A stretch of DNA of 64,000 bases, from positions 20,150,001 to 20,214,000 of the forward strand of contig CM060731.1 of the NCBI GenBank assembly GCA_030704615.1. Direction: 5' to 3'. Source of the stretch: Takakia lepidozioides. Lineage: Eukaryota > Plantae > Bryophyta. Every line of letters starts with the position of its first letter. Within the stretch, counting starts at the first letter, position 1. The position numbers and the translations under genes are program-made. Of the stretch, positions 36,241-48,660 are shown piece by piece. The notes below the pieces were generated by a model. The model was not told the origin of the DNA. It saw only the letters and a list, made by a program, of their open reading frames with translations, and searched no databases.

Positions 36241-36855
36241 CTTTGAGGCCAAGAGTTATCACAATATCCTGCTACCAATGAGTTCAATGCATATCCTTGT
36301 CACATTGGCAGTATCATGTCAAAGTTACTCCAAACTACATTCACTCAACAGCTAACTTGCAGAATTCAATATGAAAATTTAGGGCCGCTTCTGATAAGAG
36401 GGGAAAACAGGGTGAAATGTGTTGAAGAAGGTGCCTTCATTAGCAGTGCCTGATTTTATCTATTGTGTCGATGCTGCTGCAGCTTCCAGTTGACTATCTA
36501 CCCATGCAGGTTTCTTGTATCTATCCTTCCACAGGGAATCATAGGTAATGTGGAGCTTGAAATCCGGCCCTCTTGGATGAATCTGGACTCACACTCTATC
36601 CCTGCTCCTTCAACTATCTATGCCTCTGCACAAAATCATGCATACATCTTTGCCTTCCTGCTAGCAGCTGACAATGACAGCCTAGAATTGTTCCAGCAAA
36701 CACCCCCAACCCTACTTATCAACGAGCAATGAGCTAACTTATGGAATTCAATATGCATCTCAGGGCCGAGTCTGGTGAGAGGGCAAAACAGGCTGAAAAT
36801 AGGTCGAAGAAGAAGGTGCCCTCACCACATTGTCCTTGACCTTGTGTCATGACCC

Positions 36856-37749
36856 AACTTTCCCAGTAACATCAGTAGTCCGCAAGTAGAATTGAGGCCT
36901 GTAGTTGGAAAGGAAGGTTGTGTGCCGCCCTCCCTCCTCTTTCGTGAGCACATAAATCTCTGCTTCAAACTTCTTATGAGTCTTCACTGTCCCAGGCTTG
37001 CAGATCACCTAGTGCCATTCATCCAATCAGTCCCATATGTTTTTCCTTTGCAGGCACATTACCAGGGAGCTAGCGCCACGGCCTGCAATAAGAAATCCAA
37101 CATCGCAAGTTGTAAAGACAGATGAAGCAATACATTACAACAATTTTGCCATGAGAAGCGTGCAATGACATTGTTACCTGCCCACGTGTACTTCATCCCG
37201 CTTTAGGCCACGAATTAACAACCCCACATTATCCCCTACTTGTTTCACATATCATATTATAGAATCACTCCATTGTCCTTTTGCGACAATGAGTTATCAA
37301 ACGAATTTAAAACTTACCACATATAATAGGGGATTGTATTGTCACTCACAATTTCACAGCCTAGTTTGGCGTAGCGTCATAGTTAAATCCTCACTGATGT
37401 GCCTGAAATGGTTCAAGCTTAAAACATCAGCATGATTCAAGTTGTGAAGGCTCATGCCAAGATACAGTGCAACACTGTAATGCCATATGCAAAAGGAATA
37501 AATGAATCCTTCAGGATATATGGGCCCAGGTTATTAAAGCTACATTACATGAGGAGTACATGAGATCCATGTGGAATATTAAGATCATGCTTCCAACATC
37601 TGAAAGAAGACAAGTAAATACCTGACCCTGATTCCTTAAGGTTTCAGTGCAAGGAAGATTGTTACCGTGTGAAGCCCAACCACTTCAACTTCCTCACCAA
37701 CCTTAATTATCCCCTGTTCCACACGCCCTGTGACCGCTGTTCCACGCCC
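36856..37749 (-). pseudogene. Captured fragment of nuclear-encoded mitochondrial-type elongation factor Tu with introns: exons 37749-37666, remnant ~37633-37622, 37239-37178, 37008-36856
   Basis: cag|[28 protein letters not shown]|gtaac; NQGQ|gtatt; GDNVGLLIRGLKRDEV..GQ|gtaac (frameshift, acceptor mutated to caa); tag|[51 protein letters not shown]. Confidence 0.92.
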
Positions 37750-37795
37750 CTGTACATTCACATACCCACATGTAGACCAGCATCATCAGCATAAC

Positions 37796-37844
37796 TTCTC
37801 TCTCCCCCCCCCCCCCCCCCCCCGCTCTCTCTCTCTCTCTCTCT
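37796..37844. repeat. Compound (CT)n / poly-C / (CT)n microsatellite
   Basis: Read directly; lies just 5' (on the - strand) of the EF-Tu fragment. Confidence 0.9.
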
Positions 37845-39330
37845 AGGGCTATAAAATTAAAATCAGTAACCCTACAACCGGGCTGTCAAGTTTGAAAGCG
37901 GGAAAGTGCCTATGTGAGTGCCTTAACGGCAATTGCGGGAAAATAAGTTTATACCTACAGCTGAGTTGCAGCGATAGGCTAAACCCGGGTGAGTGCAAAC
38001 CCCAAAAAAGAGTTAGGGAGGGTTAGTCCCAGGGGATTAATGGCGATACAACGATGGAATGCCAACTTTCACAGGGAACGGGAATACATCCTCTCTCTAT
38101 GTTTCTGTCCAAACTGGCTGCGGGGTCTATGGCCACAAGGCTGCGGCAAACAAACTTTCACCTACATACCATGGCTCACTGACTAATAGCGAGCTCCGAG
38201 CCATGGCTGAGAAACACCTATCGCTTAAATAGATGACAAGAAGAGCATATCTTCATGTGGAACCATCCAGAAAACTGAAGATTAAAAGAAGAGAAACCCT
38301 TCACCTAGAAACTGAACCAAGTGTTCCAGAATGAACTAAGGGTTGCTGGTCTTGAGGAACTATGAGCCTAGCCTAGAAGATACAAATGCAGGATGGACAA
38401 ACTTCTTCATATCGTACATTAAGAAAAAGCCACACCTTGCGATTGCGGTTGTCGCACCATCGTGAAGGATCTTTCAAAAACTCATGCCAGCTCTGCTCCG
38501 TGCTGCGAATTCATGGCCGAGTATGTCAGAAACGATACTTATAGTACACTATAGATATAGAAATAGCACATTGGCAGCTGGTGCAAAACTAGAGACAATG
38601 CACTGTGCGTAGCATGCAAAGAGGGAAGGGGTGACGTTCAAAGCATGTACAGTGCAGGTGGCGAACGGATGCGTAGGCGTAGAATAGATGACCGTCTATG
38701 GCGAATGGAAGAAGCTTATGCCACAAGGAATGGGCATACAAAAATGTGTGAAAAGTGATAAGCTGGACTATTGGATGGATTTTCCTGAGCCTGTCACGAA
38801 GCAACTTTTGATTTCTCTGTTGATTATGAGTGCTATGCAACTGCGATGAGTGTCATGGAGGAAAAGTACTCTTGTTGGAAACAGTGATGAATCATTACAT
38901 GATACACGGGAGGGATCCTCTCTCCAACGCTGTTCTCTTCCGGTAAGATTGCCACTTTCCCTTCAGCACTTTAGTTTGAATTTTGAATGCAACGATCCTC
39001 TTCTCCACATGTCAACATTTCGTTGGATGATTGTAGTCAAGAAGTCATAAGATACAGACGTGAGTATGACTACGCCACTTCCGTTATCACTTTAATTAAT
39101 GCACATGTCGTGTTTTCATTGGTCATGTGTAGTCATGTAGTCATATATGACTAAGTAAGTGACTGCAACTATGACTTCAATGGTTACAAATGTTGTGTTT
39201 TGATTGGGTGTATATTCATAAGATACATACGTAAATATGACTGCATCACTGCAACGTCACCGTGCCTCCTATGTCATAATATGAACAAGTGTCACATCGT
39301 TGTTGGTCCACTCACAAGATGACTATTGGG

Positions 39331-40360
39331 ATGCAAGGATGTGAATATTCAGATGATGAAGACGAAGGCCCTGCGGCACAGCGGGAGCCCAATGTCACAG
39401 AGAACGCAGATGAGAGTGGTGGATTGGAGGTAGAAATGCAGCGTGCATTGCAGGAAGCGTTTCTCTTTGCAGATGCAAACAAAGAGGACCCCATTCATGG
39501 TGGAACCAATCACACATTTGCCGATCATGACGATGATCTCGACGATTCCGGAGACAATGAATTTGATGAGAATGCTCACCTGCACGTTGATCCCGAGTAT
39601 GATAAACTCTTCCGAGCGTCGCAATGTCCACTTTTTGAAGGGTGCTCCATCAGCCGGCTGCAAGCAACTTTGACGTTGCTGAACGCATGCACTACCCACA
39701 AGTGCACCAATGCATTTGTGGATGAGCTTCTGGGATTGTTGCGTAAGAGTTTTTTCCTAAAGAGAATTCATTGCCGAAAACTCACTATGAAGCAAAAACC
39801 ATGATTGCCAAGATGGGATTGCAGTACACGATGATTCATGCCTGTGAGCGTGGTTGTGTACTCTTCTGTGGGGAGTATGAGAATGTAGACATTTGCCCAG
39901 TGTGCCGCACTTCCTGTTACATTCCAGGTCGTGGAAGTGTGCCCAAGAAAGTATTGCGACACTTCCCTGTCATTCCAAGGTTGAAACGTATGTAACGATG
40001 TAAATCGATCGCTAACCTCATGACATGGCACGACAGACATAAGAGCCATGATGGGTTGGTTCAACATCCAGCTGATAGCAAAGCATGGAGACACATTGAC
40101 ACCACATTTGCGGATTTTGCTGCAGAGCCACGATCTCTGCGATTTGGATTGGCCTTAGACGGTGTAAATCCCTACGGAGCTCAATCCACAAGTTGGAGCA
40201 CATGGCCCGTTCTCTTGGTCAATTACAATCTGTCTCCGTGGTTAATGACCAAAAAGTTCTTTGTCATGTTAGCGCTACTGATTCCCGGTAAGGAGTCTGT
40301 TACCTTGGACAACGTAGATGTTTACCTGATGCCCCTAGTGGAAGAGCTATTTAAGCTATT
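39331..40360 (+). pseudogene. CACTA transposase TnpD (Transposase_21/Tnp2) remnant, truncated at both ends
   Basis: LPKTHYEAK..IHACERGCVLF..CPVC, KVLRHFPVIPRLKRM*, MTWH..HPADSKAWRHID..EPRSLRFGLALDGVNPY..STWPVLLVNYNL..LLIPG..DVYLMPLVEEL. One frameshift and one stop. Confidence 0.92.
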
Positions 40361-40853
40361 TCATGTACTATGTAAGCATGCAACTATGTACCAGTGACGT
40401 GGCTTGTTCGCCACTTAACCTGTTTGCCCATTCAGCCAGCTCCACATTGTCATGGATTTTACATACTGGATTGTGAGGCCATCCACACCGTCCTCTGGAA
40501 ATGTTATCATGGGGTTTCAGCTATGTCCACATTTCCCTGGATTATGCCTGCACGAAGCAAGGCCAACTGCATTCAGCACCCTCCACTTTATTATAGTATT
40601 GCAGCAACATTCAAAGCACTTCAATTTGTATCCATCGAAAACATCTAGGCTGGAAAAAGACATTGTTGCAGCAGAACTTAGGAAAGTACTTCTCCCCTTC
40701 CACTACACACGTGAAATGAAAGAAGCCAACCAACAGCATACCAGCCAAGAAAATATGAAACCAGCCAAGAAAAGAACCAATATATGCAGTGAAGGTCGAC
40801 ACTAAATGAAACTTATCCAACACTTACATTAGAGGAGGGAAGCTAAGTCTTAC

Positions 40854-40959
40854 CTCCATAAGCTTGCCCACATCAAATTTGGGAGCTTTCAGAATTTCTC
40901 CTTTCCGGTTGAATGAACTTGGCTACAAGATCCTTCAAATCGCAAGTTTGAGCTTCACA
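40854..40959 (-). pseudogene. RPS3a: Captured 40S ribosomal protein S3a (eS1) exon fragment with an internal deletion
   Basis: EAQTCDLKDLVAKFI joined directly to KILKAPKFDVGKLME|gtaag. The conserved intervening segment (PE.IGKEIEKAT..IYPLQNV.IR) is missing. Confidence 0.85.
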
Positions 40960-43900
40960 CACAATGAACTTGCAGGGATTGAGCTTCCAATGCGAACCAG
41001 GAGTCTTATATTGATAGCATTGTTGTAAAACACATGGACCAACAATGACAGTCTCTGGAATGACATATAGTACAGTAATGACATATAGTACAGCATGCCG
41101 CTTCCAGTTGACCATCTACCCATGTAGGTTTCTTGTACCTATCCTTCCACAGGGAATCATAGGTAATGTGGAGCTTGAAATCCAGCCCTCTTGGATGAAT
41201 GTGGACCCACACTCTATCCGTGCTCCTTCAGCTATCCATGCCTCTGACAGCCTACAATTCTACCAGCAAACACCCCAACCATACTGGTGTGGAGTTCTTC
41301 CCCAAAACACCCCAACCCTACTTATCACAATCTGAAATGCATATGCTTCTCCAACAGGCATTCGCCTTTTTGTCTCCATTGTCCCACCATTGGGGTCGGA
41401 AAGTGTTCACCCCAAAGCTTCTCCTCACCTCTATTATATGTTTTTGGATACTTCCCTGCTGCCACACTGGCAGTAACTTGCCAAAGTCACTCCAAACCAC
41501 CACAGATGTACCCAACGACCTAACTTACATAATTCAATATGTGGAGTCTGATGAGAGGGCAACACAGGCTGAAATAGGTTGAAGAAGAAGGTGCCCTACC
41601 ACATTGTCCTTGACCTGTCCTGACCCATGGAGGATTTGACCGATGACCTCTTGTGTGTGCTGCTTGTGTCTGTAGTCAGGTAATGTCGGATTGGTCTGTC
41701 AGATCGAACCACTACGGCGTAGATGAGTAGTCAGAGATTGAAACACGCTTGCTAAGACCAAGCTGACTCTCCCAAGAACGGCGAGCTCGCTTGTCCTCGT
41801 CTCGTCTCCTCCTCCTCTTCTCCTTCGTGCAGCATTTGCTCAACGCCTCCATCCCACGCCCCTGCATATCCTGCTATCATCGCGTTCCATCCCTCAGTTA
41901 TGTGGTGTGGCGCAGGAGACAAAAAGACGCCAAGTCCTAGCCCTCCTTTCTGTTCACGATTACACTAATGGGCAACCTTATTAGCAAAAAATTTAACTTT
42001 TTTAAACCTAATGGGCAACCTTATTTGCATTATATGTGCCTTCAAAATGACACGTGTAGTGATGTAGTCGTATAAATAGAGCTCTGAAACCATCTTCAGT
42101 CATGGAATCATAAGATTCCATGAAACGTCGTCCACGTGTAGTCAAACATATCACACTAGTCATATAAACCATCCCTGTCATCATGGTCTACAATGTTTGA
42201 CCAATGTTCCCTAACTTTCCGGAGTCATGTAGTGATATCCATTACTACAAAGTCATAAAACTAAAACTGTAATGCATTTCAGCGCTCTGTAGTCATGTAC
42301 CTAGTGCAGTTTTTATGACTCCGCCAAACCCGTAGTCCTAAAAACGTTCATCTCTTGTAGTGGTACCAGCACCAGGTTTACAGAAGACTTGGTTTGTGAG
42401 TGGACTAAGACCAGAGTTGCAAAAGAAAGTGGATATGTTACCCCATAATACAGTGGAGGAGGCATTTGAAACAGCGAACATAATTGAGGAGAATGCTCGA
42501 GAATTGTTACTACAACAGAAGGACAACAGCAAGAGAACCTAGGCAAGTAAGGGTGCATCAAGTGCAGCCCCAGCCAAGAAGAAACAGTGATCAGGACCAC
42601 TATGGTAGGCCTGGTGGTTATAACAATGGCATGGAAGGGAGAGGTAATCCAAGAGGGAATTACCAAGGAAATTCCAGAGGCAACTATCAGGGTAATCCAA
42701 GGGGGAATTACCAGCCAGGGAATCAGGATTACAGAAACAATCCCAGAACAGATCAAGGGTGAGGACCTAATGGGGAAGAACTGTGTTACTATTGTAATCA
42801 GGCAGGACATCGCAAGGCAGCCTGTCCATTCTGGATCAGACACCAGAATGAGATGAGAGCTCCTGTGAATGAGAGGCCAGTGGTGGCAGCTCACATGGTT
42901 AGGCCATGTGTTGTACCAGAAGTAAGTACAATGATAGTAACCAGAAGCAAAGCCAAAATAATACCTCCAGTAGATGAGGAAGGTGATGATAATGAAGATG
43001 GCAGTGATGTGCCTGAAGATGATGAGGCTTGGAGAGATGAGAAGGAACTGCACAAGGAAGTGACATATACCATAACGGAAATGCAGAAGAGTACTGATAT
43101 TCTTATGGAAGATTCCTCTGATTCTGAAAGAGAAGAGGAAGTGAGTGAGGATAAAGGGAAGAAAGAAGCTGCAGAAATTCAGAGTAATGAAGGGACTTTG
43201 GCTAAAGTAATATGCCAGTCCAAAGCGGAGATTACCATTGGACAGCTATTGGTTGTGGCACCTTATTGTAGACACAGGCTGTATCAAGCAATCAATCAAA
43301 TTGCCCATGTGACAGGGAACACAGACCTGAACAGCAAGGTGACCAGTTATAATGTGAAGCCGGAAGGGCGAGAAACAGTCATGGACTTTGATGATTCTAT
43401 GCCAGTAATCCAGTTGAGAATTGGAAGCACAGAACTAACTGATGTACTGATAGATAGAGGCTCTGGAGTGAATATCATGACAGACCAATTAAGGCAGAAG
43501 CTTGGTCTAAGTAACATGAAACCAGCCCTATTTACAGTAACAATGGCAGATCAAAGAAGTGTACAGCCATTGGGATTGATAAGAGGAGTTAAGATACAGA
43601 TTCAAAAGATGATCTTTATTATTACATTAACTGTGTTGAAAATGGATGAAGTCATGGAAGCTTACTCTTTATTGTTGGGTTGACCGTGGCTGAAACAGGC
43701 CAGGGTATTCCATGACTGGAATTCCCAGTTATTAACTGTGCATGATGGGATGCACAAGATCCAAATCACCACTAAGAAATCTAGTAGACTACCTGCTACG
43801 AGAAGACCTCGAGGGGTCAGGGAGTATGACTGGAGGGGAGGACTTGATGAGGAGCAGGAAGCTACCCTGTTCGCTGCACACCCAGAGTGGGAGCAGGTTG

Positions 43901-46900
43901 CAGAGATGCAACTGGAAGGCCTAAGTTGTTTAAAAGGTATCTGTTGTGGTGTGGTGACAGCAACACCAATTGAGGGTGAAACGAGCAGTTACCCACCACA
44001 TTTCTATGAAGAAAGAGAGGGAGAAATCGAAATCCTAAAGGAACCAGCCACTGTGAGTTTATATGATGAAGTGGTGACTGGATGGACAATCACAGCTGAT
44101 GAGCAGGTGAGAGAAGTGAATGTGGGAACTGAAGGGGAACCGAGGATGGTGAAGGTAGGGGCTGATTTGGAGCCAGAATTCTTTGAGGAAGCTAAGAGTC
44201 TTTTCATCAAATACAGAGATGTATTTGCTTGGAGCTACGAGGATCTGAAAGGGATACCACCTGAGATCTGTCAGCATAAGATTGAATTGGAACCAGGGTC
44301 AGTACCAATCAAACAAGCAAGGTACAGAATGAATCCCAACTATGCACAGAAGGTTGGAAAAGAGATCAAGAAGTTGGCTGAGGCTAAGTTTATATACCCA
44401 ATAGAGTATACAACTTGGTTGTCACCCATTGTGATAGTTCCCAAGAAGAATGGTAAACTGAGAGTTTGTGTGAACTATAAGAAGTTGAATGCTTGTACGA
44501 AGAAAGATCCTTTCCCTTTGCCATTCACAGAAGCGGTATTGGACACTGTGGCAGGCCATGAAATGTACTCATTCATGGATGGCTTCAGTGGTTATAATCA
44601 AGTGCAAGTGGCAGAAGAAGTATAGACTGGGGTGCTTATGCATACAAAGTCATGCCTTTTGGACTTTGTAATGCACCAGCAACCTTTCAGAGAGTGATAA
44701 GTGAATCTTTTCATGAGTATCTGAATGATTTCATGCAGGTATTCTTGGATGATTTCAGTGTGTACAATTCTAAGAATGAGCACTTGCATAAATTGGAGTT
44801 ATGTTTGGCCAGATGCAGGATGAGAGGTGTGGGCCTGAATCCAGAGAAGTGTACTTTCTGTGTGAACTCAGGGGTGCTTTTGGGACACATTGTGTGTAAG
44901 AGGGGACTTCTTGTGGATCCCAGAAAGACAGAGGCCATTAAAGCCTCTCCACCACCAGTAAATGTTAAGAGTCTAAGAAGATTCCTTGGACAAACCAGTT
45001 ATTACAGAAGATTTGTCAGACGGTATGCACAGATAGCAGCACCATTGAGCAAGTTTCTGAAGAAAGATGCAGTGTTTGCATGGACAGCTCAATGTCAACA
45101 GGCTTTTGAGGAACTTACATTGTCAGTAACAACTACACCTGTGCTGATTAACCTTTACTGGCATGTAGTATTTCATGTTCACTGTGATGCCTCAAGAGAA
45201 GCATTGGAAGTAGTGTTAGCCCAAAATGTTACAGGAAATATAGATTCACCTGTGTACTATGCTAGCAGGTTGATGAACAGTGCTGAAAGGAACTATAGCA
45301 CAACTGAAAGAGAAGCACTGACAATGATTTATGCAGTCAAGAAATTCAGGCATTACCTATTGGGAAGGAAGTTTATGTTTTATGTGGATCACCAAGCTCT
45401 GATATATCTGGTGAACAAACCTTTGATAAGTGGAAGGATAGCAAGGTGGTTAATAATCTTGCACGAGTTTGAGTTCGAAGTTGTTTACTAGCCTGGCCGT
45501 TTGCATCTTGTGGCAGATCACTTGTCACGCCTATCAACAGGAGAGCCCGCCACAGGAGTAGACGACCAATTACCTGATGCGAGTTTATTTGCAGTGGAGG
45601 TGCAGGGAAGTGCAGATGATTGGTCAGATTGGCAGTGGCCAATCAGATACTACCTTACTCATGGTCAGTGCCCACCTAGTTATGGAAAGGAGCAGAGGAA
45701 GAGAATCGCTATCAAGGCTTTACCTTATACTATGGTAGGGGGCAAAATGTATAAGCTAGGACCTGATGGAGTACTTAAATGATGCTTGTACCACCATGAA
45801 GTAAATAAAGTTTTGGAGGAAGTTCATAAAGGATTGGCTGGAGGTCATTTTGGAGAAGAGACTACCAGTAGAAAGATACTACTTGCAGGTTACTGGTGGC
45901 CTACTTTGTTCAAGGATGTACACAAGTATTGTAAGAGTTGTGATGAGTGCCATAGGCTAGGACCATTGCAGAGATCTAGGAAGATGGCTTTGCATCCTAC
46001 GATGCCTACTGAACCATTTCAGAAATGGGGACTAGACTTTGTTGGACCAATTAACCCACCAGCCAAGAATACACAGAACAAGTATATAATCACAGCCACT
46101 GATTATACTACAAAGTGGGTGGAAGCTAAAGCTCTGAGGGACAACACAGCTAAGTCCACAACAAGGTTCCTGTATGAGAACATACTTACACGATTTGGCT
46201 GTCCCCTAGAATTTATCAGTGACCAGGGAAGTCACTTCATTAATGAGACCATTGAACTATTGACTAAAGAGTTCATGATTGTGCATAGGAAGAGTACAAA
46301 TGGGCAGGCAGAAGCTACTAACAAAATACTATGTATTATCTTGGCTAAGATATAAGTCGATGCAAACAGAACAGATTGGGATACAAAGCTTCTGACAGCT
46401 TTGTGGTCATACAGGACTTCATATAAAGTCAACACTAAGTACACCATACCAATTAGTTTATGGTATGAAAGCTTTACTTCCAGTGGAATTCTTGTTACCT
46501 ACCATGAGAACTGAATGGGGAAGGAGAATGGAATTGGAAGATTCAATTAAGGTCAGGAAACATGAATTATACCATGTGGAAGAAACACGTGCTAAAGCAG
46601 CTGATAACATGACCAGAATTCAGATGAAGAGGAAGGATCAGTTTGATGAAGGTAAATTAAAGACTTTTAAGACGGGAGATTTGGTACTGTGGTTGCAGAA
46701 GAAGGGGAAGATTAAAGCTTCTAAGCTTAAATCACCATGGAAAGGACCTTATGTCATACAGAAGATGTATGATAATAACACCGCCATGTTACAAACCATT
46801 AACAAAGAAATGCTGGGAAGAGTCAATGCCAATAAGTTGAAGAGGTACAGTGGTATCCATGACAAACCATTGCAGCACGATTTGCATGTTGAAACGCAAA

Positions 46901-46994
46901 AACAGTCATGGGTTGCGCCAGTGATACCAACGGAGTATAGAGCACTTGTCGCTAAGCCAAACGTGTATGACCAGGGCGGGAAGTACAGGTGTTC

Positions 46995-47140
46995 ACATAG
47001 CTATCACAGCCCACCACAGTGCCACACAGCCTATCACAGCCCATCACAGCGTGACAGCTTATCACAGCCATCACAATGTCACACAACCTATCACAGTTCA
47101 CCACTGTTAGACACAACTTGTCACAGCCCAACACAGCCCA
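46995..47140 (+). repeat. Tandem ~10/30-bp (T/C)ATCACAGCC repeats encoding CHT.YHSP.Q
   Basis: Read directly. A similar CACAGC array lies in the LTR at 53353-53401. Confidence 0.75.
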
Positions 47141-47832
47141 TGCGGGTTACACAGTCCATTGGGTCAGTGACAGGTGGACGCGGGTTAACGTCAGAAAAGT
47201 GGCTGTCAAGTGACGAAGAAGTTTGGAAGTCAAACTCGGAGAATATGCCACGCGGAGAGGGGAAGTCGGGGGCATGTCTAAAAACGGACACGTGGCCACT
47301 AAGGCGAAGCACACCGCACTGCATAAATTGCAAGAGTGGGTTTCATCATGCAAGAGGACAAATCGGGCCGTCAAAGTATCTACCCGGTACATCAGCTAAG
47401 ACTATTTGTGGACCCATTAATGCATTCAGAGCAAGGGTAACGGAACCCTTTCCGAGTACAAAAAAGAGGGACTTATGCCACATGTGCTGTCCTACTGGAC
47501 ATTCCAGGTGGGAATGTCCACGGAGGGGGGTGGAATTAAGAAGTTACCTAAGCAGGCAACAGCCAATCAGGAGTGAGAATTTCATGCAGGTGGTTCCCTC
47601 CAAGAAACAAGAACAAGAAATAGGAAGTGTTATGAGCGGAAGAGTCGGGGTGGCTCCGAATAGCCAGTGTCTCGACGGGAGGGGCAATCAAAGCACTAGC
47701 TTTGTAGCTATGGCGGATTTAACGGATTACACACTCGCTTTACTTCTTACGCAGTGGCGCAAAGACGGACGAATTGAGAGTACATTTTCTCTCACTCGAT
47801 ACTTGCAAGCCCCACAGGGTGAAAGCATGGTA

Positions 47833-48531
47833 GGGTCGGCCCAAAATGGAAGTCCCAAACAGTTTATTTTTGCATTTTATATATATAGGACTCAATGAAG
47901 ATGTTAAGTTGGAATTTTTTATGGATTATGAAGCAAAATCTAGACCATTGTTGACATTTCGAACATAATGAAATTTGAATCAGACAAATCTGACAAGATT
48001 TGAAAATCCATATAAGTCCATGAGTGCATGAAGCTTGTGCGGTCTCAACGGGTGATATGCCCTTCATGGACTCATTGGGAAATGAATCCGACATCCATTG
48101 TAGATGGAAAATTTAACCACCTTCATTGATCTCCCCTGTTATATGAAAATCTGGTTCAAAGGTCAAAATTTCCTCCCCTACAAGTTTTAGACGTAATTAA
48201 ATATTTATAAATTTTGTGAATTAGCACATCGATTTTGGACATGCAATCTTCATTATTTTTTATATCTCCTTTCACAATAAGATGGATTGAAAGCTTATGG
48301 AGGGAAATATGCCTACAAAATTTAGAATCGAACCCACCTATGAAGACTTGCAAATTTTCAATCTATGAATTGATGTCAATAAAGGGTGAGATTGATAAAT
48401 AAACCTAGGGAGGTAGCATGATATCATATGTATGTAGTCTTCAAGGTTTCACAAATAGGTTTGTCTAAACATACATTGTCCATGAAAGTGGAGTCGAGGA
48501 CTCCCATATTCTGCCAGTTTTGGGTGGACCC
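47833..48531. mobile_element. AT-rich MITE with TA target duplication, ~700 bp
   Basis: TA|GGGTCGGCCCAAAATGG ... CCAGTTTTGGGTGGACCC|TA. Removing it leaves the host frame open. Confidence 0.65.
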
Positions 48532-48660
48532 TATCTTGCATTGACCCCACAGGCTTACACGCACTTACCTGTTCCATTCTGTGCCAACCATACCTTTATG
48601 CTTTGTGCCCTGCAAGCTTTCCTTCAGCTGTTTCAAACAAGGCATTTTTGTTTGTCTAGA

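Larger units (their letters stand above)
35061..41780. repeat. Dispersed internal modules of the CACTA: module Y (35061-35250, 36436-36624, 41098-41242) and module X (about 36350-36435, 36730-36855, 41515-41780)
   Basis: Diverged direct copies. Y reads ..FKLHITYDSLWKDRYKKPAWVDGQLEAA on the - strand. X contains GAGAGGGCAAAACAGGCTGAAATAGGTCGAAGAAGAAGGTGCC, a pyrimidine tract plus AG on the - strand. Confidence 0.85.
34288..42362. mobile_element. Non-autonomous CACTA (En/Spm) element carrying captured gene fragments (Pack-CACTA), ~8.1 kb
   Basis: TIRs CACTACAACAGAT (34288) and reverse-complement CACTACAAGAGAT (ends 42362). Dense AGTCAT/ATGACT/ACGACT subterminal motifs at 34320-34810 and 42050-42340. 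Internal TnpD remnant. The 3-bp flanks differ (TGG vs GTA). Confidence 0.85.
42363..48659 (+). pseudogene. Decayed gag-pol; a C-terminal extension runs to TAG 48657-48659 once the MITE is removed
   Basis: WFVSGLRPELQ, (GNPRGNYQ)x3, [97 protein letters not shown]. Several in-frame stops and small deletions. Confidence 0.9.

Noticed and set aside
40394-40800. Possible additional captured exon(s) between TnpD and RPS3a (also 38200-39020)
   Set aside because: Exon-like, but I could not recognise any protein; needs BLASTX.
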